From NCBI GenBank assembly GCA_015488295.1, contig WFOC01000121.1, positions 7,580 through 71,579 on the forward strand: 64,000 bases of DNA. The letters are read 5' to 3'. The stretch's first letter is position 1; each line of letters starts with the position of its first letter. Of the stretch, positions 56,753 to 64,000 are shown in pieces. The translations under genes were made by a program, and so were the position numbers. This stretch comes from Gammaproteobacteria bacterium. GTDB lineage: Bacteria; Pseudomonadota; Gammaproteobacteria; SZUA-229. The notes under the pieces are model-generated. The model saw only the letters and a program-made list of their open reading frames with translations, had not been told where the DNA came from and ran no database searches.

Positions 56753-56768
56753 AGCAACAACTGTGCCA
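56753..56768 (-). promoter_or_regulatory. Sigma54 promoter of the SPOR gene-flgA unit
   Basis: Minus-strand reading TGGCACAGTTGTTGCT. Confidence 0.55.
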
Positions 56769-56924
56769 AAAAATAATACCCATTAATAACAATGGCTTAC
56801 AGGCAGTTTTTTCAAGGGTGGCGGATTTTTGTCACGATTGGCGATGCAGGTGGCAGGACTGGCGTGAGCTAAAAGACGGATTATTGACGTAATAACCCGG
56901 TTTAGTAATTTTATTTATTCGCTA

Positions 56925-58304
56925 TTAAAGAAGGCTGACGGTTGGTTTAAGTGGCAGTGTGAATGTAAAGACTGCGCCGCCATTATCGGCCGCATTGCCG
57001 GCTTTGATCACACCGCCATGGCGTTTGATGATTTCCTTGCTGATAGATAAGCCCAGGCCTGTTCCCCCCGCACCGTGTTCTGTTTTACTGGATTGCACAA
57101 ATTCATCAAACACTATTTCCAGCTCGTCTTCAGGAATGCCGGTGCCCTGATCCCAGATAGAGACAGAAACAGCGGGGATTTCACTGGAAGAAGATTCACT
57201 GCCATCAATATTCAGTGTTGCCTCGGCAAAATGTACCATCACGCTTCGGCCTTCGGGGGAAAATTTTATGGCGTTTGAAAGCAGATTTCTCACAACCTGC
57301 GATATTTTTTCGTCATCATATATAGCAACGGTGTTAATACTGGCTGGTTCTATGTCGATGGTTAGTAACCGGTCTTTAAATAAGGGCCTTAGTTCTTCAA
57401 CAATGTTGGCGACCGTTGCCTGCAAATCGTTTTCTGAAAATTCAAAATTCATTCGACCGGCTTCTAATTTGGACAGATCCAGCAGGTCATTCAACAGAAC
57501 CAGTAGACGCTGACCGCTTTCATTGATACGTGAAAAATAACTGGCAATTTTTTCACTGCTGGCGGTTTCAACTTTGCTTGATCCCAGACTGGAAAAGCCC
57601 AGAATGGCATGCATCGGGGTGCGTAGTTCGTGTGACATGTTCGCCAGGAATTCCGATTTTGTACGATTAGATTGCTCGGCTTTTTCACGTTGTACTAACA
57701 GCTCATGTTCGCGCTCATGTGAACGAGCCTGTAGCAGCAACATGTTTTTACAACTGCTATAAAAAACTTCAGCATTTTTCAATAAAAAAAGCATGAGTAT
57801 CAGCAGCATTAGTTCAAGTGACAGTAGATGATAACCAACGATATATGTTTGCATTGGTAAACATAACAATAAAGGAACAATGACGAGTATGACGAATATA
57901 AACGAAAGCTGATAGTGGTAGGATAATGTAGTGGTCGAGCTTGTGGCTAAAGCCGTTAACGTAACAACGACCAGTAGAGCGCTTGGGCCATCAACAGTAG
58001 GAATCAGAATGATAGCGATACTGCCCCAGCATAAACCGGAAAGAATTGTGCCCAGAAAAAGAAATTGACTGGCTCGTTTATAATTTACACGGTTGTTTTT
58101 TTTAGCAAGACTATACGAGATGGTCGCAAACATACGAAAAGCATCGACGGCCAGTATAGTGGTTACCCAGAACAGCAGTGTTGAATCTTTTATCTGTGGA
58201 TTGAAGATGATATATAAAATTGTCGCTGCCAGTGACATAACTGCTATTGAATAAATCCGGTTGTTATTTATGAGATCAATTTGTGATTTTTCGATATATG
58301 TCAT
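56925..58304 (-). CDS. Membrane sensor histidine kinase (multi-TM N-terminus, HisKA, HATPase)
   Basis: 459 aa with about 6 hydrophobic helices. H box FLANMSHELRTPMHAILGF. N box NAIKFSP, DQGTGI, GTGLGLSI. Confidence 0.85.
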   Translation of the reverse strand: MTYIEKSQIDLINNNRIYSIAVMSLAATILYIIFNPQIKDSTLLFWVTTILAVDAFRMFATISYSLAKKNNRVNYKRASQFLFLGTILSGLCWGSIAIILIPTVDGPSALLVVVTLTALATSSTTTLSYHYQLSFIFVILVIVPLLLCLPMQTYIVGYHLLSLELMLLILMLFLLKNAEVFYSSCKNMLLLQARSHEREHELLVQREKAEQSNRTKSEFLANMSHELRTPMHAILGFSSLGSSKVETASSEKIASYFSRINESGQRLLVLLNDLLDLSKLEAGRMNFEFSENDLQATVANIVEELRPLFKDRLLTIDIEPASINTVAIYDDEKISQVVRNLLSNAIKFSPEGRSVMVHFAEATLNIDGSESSSSEIPAVSVSIWDQGTGIPEDELEIVFDEFVQSSKTEHGAGGTGLGLSISKEIIKRHGGVIKAGNAADNGGAVFTFTLPLKPTVSLL

Positions 58305-58403
58305 GGGGTTTGCCCCGCCCTCATTGTTATAATTTTATAGCTGACTGGTTCGAAATGTATGTGACTTCTTCTGAGATCCTTTTTATTTTAAATCAATAGC
58401 TTA

Positions 58404-58430
58404 TCTTTTTTCCAGGTGCTGAGCCGATAA
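58404..58430 (+). promoter_or_regulatory. Possible sigma28-type promoter (perfect -10 only) ahead of the plus-strand signalling operon
   Basis: Plus-strand TCTTTTTT-N11-GCCGATAA. The -35 is poor. Confidence 0.3.
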
Positions 58431-58549
58431 TGTTTTATGGTTAAGCCGTTACCCGGTTTCAAGCACGGGCACAGCATAGAAAAACTAAAGTTTCTCCTGT
58501 AACGGCCGAACAACAGGTTAACTAATTATAATTTCTATTCGGCTAAATT

Positions 58550-58852
58550 GTGATGATGCTCGTAGTGTCAGTAAATAAAATACAAATTGCTTCAATGTTA
58601 CAACGGTTGTACCGGGTGATGGTACATAATGAAGATAACAAGGCAGTTAAACTATCCCTGGAACGATTAACAGGGGTGGTCAAGTACTTTTTTTACAAAC
58701 CTGCTGGTAGCATTGCACCTCACATTTCTACCGCCAATATAATAACACCTGAAGGTGCTAATAAATACGGATATGGAAAATCATCACTGATTATGGACAG
58801 CCATGGATATGCAATGGTGGGAAATGGCGCGGGTTTAAATTATGGCGGATAA
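58550..58852 (+). CDS. Doubtful 100-aa ORF upstream of, and overlapping, the hybrid signalling gene
   Basis: Open frame only. No convincing RBS, no recognisable motif, GTG start. Confidence 0.25.
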   Translation: MMMLVVSVNKIQIASMLQRLYRVMVHNEDNKAVKLSLERLTGVVKYFFYKPAGSIAPHISTANIITPEGANKYGYGKSSLIMDSHGYAMVGNGAGLNYGG

Positions 58853-61800
58853 AAAAATAGCAGAGCTGCAACTGGAAATTGCCCGCTTGAAAAAAATCAA
58901 CGACAGTTTGTCAAAACGGCTTGATGGTTTAGAGTCGGGCAATGCTGGCGTTGCCGGTTCTGGTGGATCTCCCCGTCGTTCTGAGTCATTCAAAGATAAT
59001 AATGTCAGGCAGTTAAAAACATTTGAACCTGCATCTCAGCCGGCAACGATAGATGCTAGCGAATGCACATCCATGAATGGTGTGATGAGTATGCTGGAAT
59101 CAATGCTAGATTCACCTGTTGATGAAGGCTCTGAGCAGTTAATGGAGGACGTTCATAGCTCTGAAGCTTCTTTGCTTGGTGTCATTAGTGATATCCTTGA
59201 TTTTTCAAAAATCAAATCCGGCAAGCTCAGTTTGCATGAAGAAGCTTTTAACCTGCATGATTTGCTTGTTGATGCCGTTGAACAGATTGCTGGTGAAGCA
59301 CAGAAAAAAAACCTGCAATTGATAACTCACCTTCCAGAAGATGTTGAATATGAGGTGGTTGGTGACCCTGCCCGTTTACGTCAGGCTATCGTTAATATTC
59401 TCAGCAATGCTGTCAAATTTACCGAACGGGGTGAAATCAAACTGACCGCTGATGTTGAAATTATTGATGAACTTATTCACCTGAATGTTGCGATACAGGA
59501 TACCGGTAAAGGTATCGATCCTGCGTACCAGCTGACCATTTTTGAACCTTTCGAACAGGAAGGTGACGTGAATGCGATAAGAGACTTTTCCGGCACGGGC
59601 CTGGGGCTTTCTATCACGCGTGATCTGATACAGCTTATGGGCGGTGAAATATCGTTGCAGAGCACACCGGGCAAAGGCAGTATTTTTAGTTTCAGTGTTG
59701 AGCTGGCCATGGGTAATAAAGCGGGCACCGTGGTAGATGATCATGAAACCCGTATCTTGCTGGCTGAAGATACTCTGGCAAATCAGGAAATCATGTATGA
59801 ACAGATGGATTTGCTGGGATACAAGATTGAGATCGTTGAAAATGGTCTGCAGGCACTTGAAGCAATCAGCCAGAATAATTATGCACTGATTTTTATGGAT
59901 ATACATATGCCCTACATGGATGGCTTTGCTGCCACTGAAGCCATTCGTGCGGTGGAGAAGGAGCAGAACCGTAAACCGGTGCCGATTATTGCGGTAACCG
60001 CTGACTTGTCACATAATGTACAGGCACGTTGTGAACAGGTCGGCATGAATGCTTATTTAAGTAAACCCTTTTCTATCAGTGACATAGAGGGTATTCTTGA
60101 GACATGGGTTAGCAATAATCCTGCCACGGAATCACCGCCTGGCAGCATCAATAAAACACCGATTTTAAGCTCGCCAAAAGACTTGAGTCGCGCAGTTATC
60201 GAGCAGTTACGCGCCTTAAGCGACAATGGGGATCATGATACACTGGGTAATGCGGTTAATCATCTTAACCTTGCTTACACCATTCTCTTTACCCTGCAGA
60301 AAACACGCAATGCAAATGCGCTCTGGCAACATCAGCAATTACTGGAGGCTGCCGAGCATACTGCACAGGTAAGCCACTGGTCATGGGAACCGAATAAGCA
60401 ACATATACAGTTTTCGCGTCATTTGCAGCGGTATTTCAATCATTCATTAAGCAACATTAAAACGCTGGATGATTTTGTCAGAAGCATTGGTGATGATGGT
60501 ATGGATGCCGCGATTCAATCGTGCCTCAGCAGTGGTCAGGATAGCAGCTGGGAACAGGAAATTATTCACTCACATTCGGATGAGCCACGCTACCTGCTGC
60601 ACCGTTTTCGTCTTGTCAGCAGTGATGATAAAAACCCCATGTTGATCGGTACTGTTCAGGAGATCTCCTCTATCCGGCGTGCTGAACAACGTATTATGGA
60701 ACTGGCGTTTTATGATTCATTAACAAAACTGAGCAGTCGCTCCAGCTTTAACAAACAGCTGCAGGAATTAATTGTCAGTAGCCAGCGCCGTTCGGAAAAA
60801 TTTGCCGTGCTGTATCTGGATCTGGATGACTTCAAGAATATCAACGACAGCTTTGGTCATGATGTTGGCGACAAACTGCTTATCGAAGTTGCCAATCGTC
60901 TGCGTAACCTCTTGCGTGAATCAGACTTTGCCAGCCGTTTAGGAGGCGATGAATTCTGCATGTTGATCAATGATGTCAAAGATAATCATTCAGCAGAAAA
61001 TGTTGCGCGGCGTTGCCTGGAGCTGCTCTCTCAGCCTTTTATTCTGGCTGGCAGAGAAATTATTCCTCACGCAAGTATCGGGATTGCCATTTATCCTCAG
61101 GATGGTAGTGATGCAAGCGTGCTGATCAAGGCGGCGGACACCGCCATGTATGAAGCCAAAAAAGCCGGCAAAAAACAATACATGTTATACGATGCGGCAA
61201 TGACTGCTGCAGCACAGCATCGTTTGACCATTGAAGATGATCTGCGAACCGCACTCAAAGAACAGCAGTTTGAATTATATTATCAGCCGAAAATTTCACT
61301 TTCTAGCGGGAAAACGGTCAGCGTTGAAGCGCTTATTCGCTGGAACCATCCGGAAAATGGCCTGCGCGCACCGGATAGTTTTATTCCCGATGCTGAGCGT
61401 TTGGGGTTGATTACTGAACTGGGTGAATGGGTTGTCGGCGAGGCCTGTTGCCAGATTAAAAAATGGCAGCAGCATGGCCTGGAAAATATTGCTATCGCTG
61501 TCAATATCTCACCGCAGCATTTTGAAGAAATACAGTTTGCCAGGGATGTGGCAAAAATTGTCAATGATTCAGGAGTGTCGCCCTCACTTATCGAGATCGA
61601 AATTACTGAAAGCACCTCGCGCAATCAGCGGGTATTTTTAAAGACCTGCCAGCAGCTGCGTAAACTGGGATTTCGAACCGCTATCGATGATTTCGGCACC
61701 GGGTATTCATCCTTGTCAGTACTCAAGGATGCGACCGTTGACGTGTTGAAGATAGACAGGGAATTTATCCGGCACCTGCCAAACGACTCGCAGGCATCCA

Positions 61801-62012
61801 TACTTATCGGTACCATTCTGGGCATGAGCAAAGCGCTGGGGCTTAAAGTTGTTGCTGAAGGGGTGGAAACTGAGGCACAGTTAAAACTTCTGGTAAGCAT
61901 GGGCTGCCATATGGCGCAGGGCTATTACTTTAGCCGCCCGGTACAGGCGGATAAAATACCGGCATTAACAGAACTGTGTTTTCGTCGACCGAAAGAGAAC
62001 CAGGTAGCCTGA
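58842..62012 (+). CDS. Multidomain signalling protein: coiled coil, degenerate HisKA (no H-box His), HATPase, REC, PAS, GGDEF, EAL
   Basis: 1056 aa. SECTSMNGVMSMLE sits where SHEIRTPLNGV is expected. Intact N/G1/F/G2 boxes (NAVKFTERGEI, DTGKGI, FEPFEQ, GTGLGLSI). REC (FMDIHMPYMDG). RESD-x5-GGDEF. EALIRW, DDFGTGYSS, EGVET. Confidence 0.9.
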   Translation: MADKKIAELQLEIARLKKINDSLSKRLDGLESGNAGVAGSGGSPRRSESFKDNNVRQLKTFEPASQPATIDASECTSMNGVMSMLESMLDSPVDEGSEQLMEDVHSSEASLLGVISDILDFSKIKSGKLSLHEEAFNLHDLLVDAVEQIAGEAQKKNLQLITHLPEDVEYEVVGDPARLRQAIVNILSNAVKFTERGEIKLTADVEIIDELIHLNVAIQDTGKGIDPAYQLTIFEPFEQEGDVNAIRDFSGTGLGLSITRDLIQLMGGEISLQSTPGKGSIFSFSVELAMGNKAGTVVDDHETRILLAEDTLANQEIMYEQMDLLGYKIEIVENGLQALEAISQNNYALIFMDIHMPYMDGFAATEAIRAVEKEQNRKPVPIIAVTADLSHNVQARCEQVGMNAYLSKPFSISDIEGILETWVSNNPATESPPGSINKTPILSSPKDLSRAVIEQLRALSDNGDHDTLGNAVNHLNLAYTILFTLQKTRNANALWQHQQLLEAAEHTAQVSHWSWEPNKQHIQFSRHLQRYFNHSLSNIKTLDDFVRSIGDDGMDAAIQSCLSSGQDSSWEQEIIHSHSDEPRYLLHRFRLVSSDDKNPMLIGTVQEISSIRRAEQRIMELAFYDSLTKLSSRSSFNKQLQELIVSSQRRSEKFAVLYLDLDDFKNINDSFGHDVGDKLLIEVANRLRNLLRESDFASRLGGDEFCMLINDVKDNHSAENVARRCLELLSQPFILAGREIIPHASIGIAIYPQDGSDASVLIKAADTAMYEAKKAGKKQYMLYDAAMTAAAQHRLTIEDDLRTALKEQQFELYYQPKISLSSGKTVSVEALIRWNHPENGLRAPDSFIPDAERLGLITELGEWVVGEACCQIKKWQQHGLENIAIAVNISPQHFEEIQFARDVAKIVNDSGVSPSLIEIEITESTSRNQRVFLKTCQQLRKLGFRTAIDDFGTGYSSLSVLKDATVDVLKIDREFIRHLPNDSQASILIGTILGMSKALGLKVVAEGVETEAQLKLLVSMGCHMAQGYYFSRPVQADKIPALTELCFRRPKENQVA

Positions 62013-62014
62013 CG

Positions 62015-62839
62015 ATGGAATGCCATCAATTACTTCGTAGGGAAATGGAGCAGGATCAGGGTTTTCCTGTATTACCACCTGATATTCCAAGTTTGTTAAA
62101 AATATTGAACAATGATGATATCGGCTATACCCGTCTGGCTGAAGAACTTGAAAAGTTTCCATCAATTGTAATAAAAATTGTGTCAACGGCTAATTCTGCC
62201 TGGGCATCGCCGGTCAGACCGATTACCACGCTGCGAGATTCCTGTGCAAGGATCGGCGTTCAGGCCGTTCGCAGTATTTCTATTGCACTATCCATTGCAG
62301 AGGTTTTTGACCCCTCTCGCTGCCCACCTTTTGATTCAAAAATTTTCTGGGTAAGTGCCTTGCTCACAGCCGAATCTGCACATATCTGTGCAAGAAAAAA
62401 TGCTGATGTTTGCGCTGATACCGCACGGCTTGCCGGCTTGCTGCATAATATGGGGCTGCTGTGGCTGGCAACTCAAAGGCCTGAAGAGACCGCTCGCGTT
62501 ATTGCTTTGAGACAGAAAAATGAAATTGAATCGATTTCTGCAGGATTAACTGATCAGCTGGGTATGAATTTATATACCGCTGGCAGTTACCTTGCTTCAT
62601 ATATCGACCTGCCGGATGTTATCGTCGAAGCTATCGCCAGCCCAACGGTTGATGCATCTGATGATAAACCACTGGTACATAATCACCGGAATGCCCAAAA
62701 ACTGGCATCTGCTGTTTTACTGGCAGCAGATCCGGCTCATGAATATGAACCTGAATATGAAGACGAAGCATGTTTCGAACAACTTTCTGAAAAGTTACCG
62801 GGCGTTCAGGCATTGGCAAAGTCATTATTTTTCAGATAA
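62015..62839 (+). CDS. HDOD-domain protein
   Basis: Start at the ATG 2 nt after the upstream stop. LPPDIPSLLKILNNDDIGYTRLAEELEKFPSIVIKIVSTANSAW...GVQAVRSISIAL is a typical HDOD pattern. Confidence 0.8.
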   Translation: MECHQLLRREMEQDQGFPVLPPDIPSLLKILNNDDIGYTRLAEELEKFPSIVIKIVSTANSAWASPVRPITTLRDSCARIGVQAVRSISIALSIAEVFDPSRCPPFDSKIFWVSALLTAESAHICARKNADVCADTARLAGLLHNMGLLWLATQRPEETARVIALRQKNEIESISAGLTDQLGMNLYTAGSYLASYIDLPDVIVEAIASPTVDASDDKPLVHNHRNAQKLASAVLLAADPAHEYEPEYEDEACFEQLSEKLPGVQALAKSLFFR

Positions 62840-62919
62840 ATATTGATGTTTCTGGCCAGATGTAGCGGCCCTTTCAAAAAAGTTTTTGGTGACGGTTTCT
62901 GGTGAGCAGTTAGTTATGT

Positions 62920-63819
62920 TCATGTATTACTGGATACGGTTACGCGTACTTTATTTCCTGTTCCAAGGTATTTTATTTTGTTTAAACTGATTGAATTGGC
63001 CATGGCGATACCTCGACCATGACTGTCGAATGCCCGCTTGGGGCTGACTTCCATATATTGCTGCCAGTCGAATCCCTTACCCTGATCGGTGATAAGAAAA
63101 GTTATTTCATCAGCATTACGGGTGAATTTGATGGTTACCTGCTTGTCCCTGTTTTCCGGTAATGTCAGGCGGTGTAATACTTCGCCTTCCCATTTTTCTT
63201 CGCTGATCAAACGGGATTTTTCCTTATAACTAATGCCCAGGTTGCCATGTTCGACAGCATTCACCATCAGTTCGGTTAATATGAAAACCACGCTGTCTGA
63301 TTCAGGGCAGGCTCTGGCCAGCAAGGCAGAAAGACACCTGGCTTCATCGAGTGACTTAAAACTGAACTCACCCTGTTCCATCAGTTTTAGGGTCTGGGCC
63401 GATTGCTCCAGGTTCTCCTGTATGTCTTTGTAGCGTTGGTAATCACGTATAGCTGTCGAGATGATAGCCAGCAGAGTCTGCTGATCGTAAGGTTTCGACA
63501 GATAGTAGTGGGCACCGGCGTTAAGACCTTCCAGCATATTATGCTTGCCGGATTTTGCTGTCTGCATGATGACGGGGAGATGGCAGGTGTTTTCATCGGC
63601 TTTTATTTTTTTCAGTACTTCGATGCCATCAATGCCGGGCATCATTCTGTCGAGTAGTACCGCGCTGAACCGTTGTGGCGAATTTTTCAGAACAATTAAT
63701 GCCTGTTCACCTGATTCAACACAGACTGTTTCTATGTTTATTGCTGACAGGTATTCCCTGATTATTTCAAGATTGAACTGCTCATCATCAACGGCTAAAA
63801 CAGCAGGTTTATTATCCAT
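62920..63819 (-). CDS. Response regulator: REC fused to an RsbW/SpoIIAB-like ATPase (serine-kinase-type HATPase)
   Basis: 299 aa. REC (VLAVDDEQFNLE, LDRMMPGIDG, YLSKPY). C-terminal ELMVNAVEHGN ... DQGKGFD ... GRGIAM. Confidence 0.8.
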   Translation of the reverse strand: MDNKPAVLAVDDEQFNLEIIREYLSAINIETVCVESGEQALIVLKNSPQRFSAVLLDRMMPGIDGIEVLKKIKADENTCHLPVIMQTAKSGKHNMLEGLNAGAHYYLSKPYDQQTLLAIISTAIRDYQRYKDIQENLEQSAQTLKLMEQGEFSFKSLDEARCLSALLARACPESDSVVFILTELMVNAVEHGNLGISYKEKSRLISEEKWEGEVLHRLTLPENRDKQVTIKFTRNADEITFLITDQGKGFDWQQYMEVSPKRAFDSHGRGIAMANSISLNKIKYLGTGNKVRVTVSSNT

Positions 63820-64000
63820 AGTAATTCACCAGATTATCGTGTTCGAAAATAATGGCTTCGAGTCGATTTCCTGAGTTTTTATTTCTGGTTAATTTGTTCA
63901 GTTCAAATACCAGTGGATATTCATTATCATGTGAATCTGTGGTTTTGTTTTCCTGGTGGTCTAGTGAACTCAGTAAGGCATCCTGAGTAAATTGTTTGCC
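63812..64000 (-). CDS. C-terminal end of an unidentified protein (N-terminus outside the window), overlapping the downstream REC-kinase start by 8 nt
   Basis: My translation gives ...GKQFTQDALLSSLDHQENKTTDSHDNEYPLVFELNKLTRNKNSGNRLEAIIFEHDNLVNYYG*, open to the window edge. Confidence 0.4.
   Translation of the reverse strand, partial: GKQFTQDALLSSLDHQENKTTDSHDNEYPLVFELNKLTRNKNSGNRLEAIIFEHDNLVNYYG

Noticed and set aside
59376-59906. A 176-aa minus-strand ORF.
   Set aside because: It lies antisense to the HATPase/REC region of the well-supported 1056-aa signalling gene and has no motifs.
1-64000. A search for CRISPR arrays, IS elements and their terminal inverted repeats, integrases, phage genes, toxin-antitoxin pairs, tRNA, rRNA, and known defence-system architectures.
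   Set aside because: I saw none. There are no spacer-repeat periodicity, no transposase or integrase-like ORFs, and no cloverleaf-like or rRNA-like conserved stretches. The only gene that looks like an insertion is the 162-aa orphan reported above.

Overview
Nearly the whole window is one minus-strand polar-flagellum and chemotaxis regulon with Vibrio/Pseudomonas-type organisation. Read right to left, it runs: SPOR gene-flgA, flgM-flgN, cheV, flgBCDEFGHIJKL, a TPR-sulfotransferase, fliC, flaG-fliD-fliS-fliT, flrB-flrC, fliEFGHI, two fliJ-like genes, fliK, fliLMNOPQR-flhB, flhA-flhF-flhG-fliA, cheY-cheZ-cheA, parC-parP-cheW. On the left (1..9752) is an accessory chemosensory operon that runs off the window edge: small membrane ORF, MCP, CheY, STAS, CheA, MCP, CheW, PAS-MCP. 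On the right (56.9..64 kb) are signalling genes: a histidine kinase, a kinase-REC-PAS-GGDEF-EAL protein with no H-box histidine, an HDOD protein, and a REC-RsbW-like kinase. Reading the intergenic DNA by eye gave six strong TGGCAC-N5-TTGC (sigma54) promoters and five to seven TAAAG-N-GCCGATAA-type (sigma28) promoters, so much of the transcriptional hierarchy can be drawn. I saw no rRNA, tRNA, CRISPR array, IS element or integrase. The main oddities are these. The conserved fleQ/flrA master-regulator slot is empty; it holds only an opposite-strand 162-aa orphan with a nuclease-fold-like motif and a sigma28-type promoter. The accessory che operon has a STAS gene translationally coupled to cheA and tandem sigma54 plus sigma28 promoters. 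cheB and cheR are missing from their conserved positions. fliJ is duplicated in tandem. A TPR-sulfotransferase with altered PAPS-binding motifs sits in the flgL-fliC slot. FlgJ has only the rod-binding domain. A SPOR-domain gene heads the flgA operon. All functional calls rest on motif recognition by eye, with no database search.
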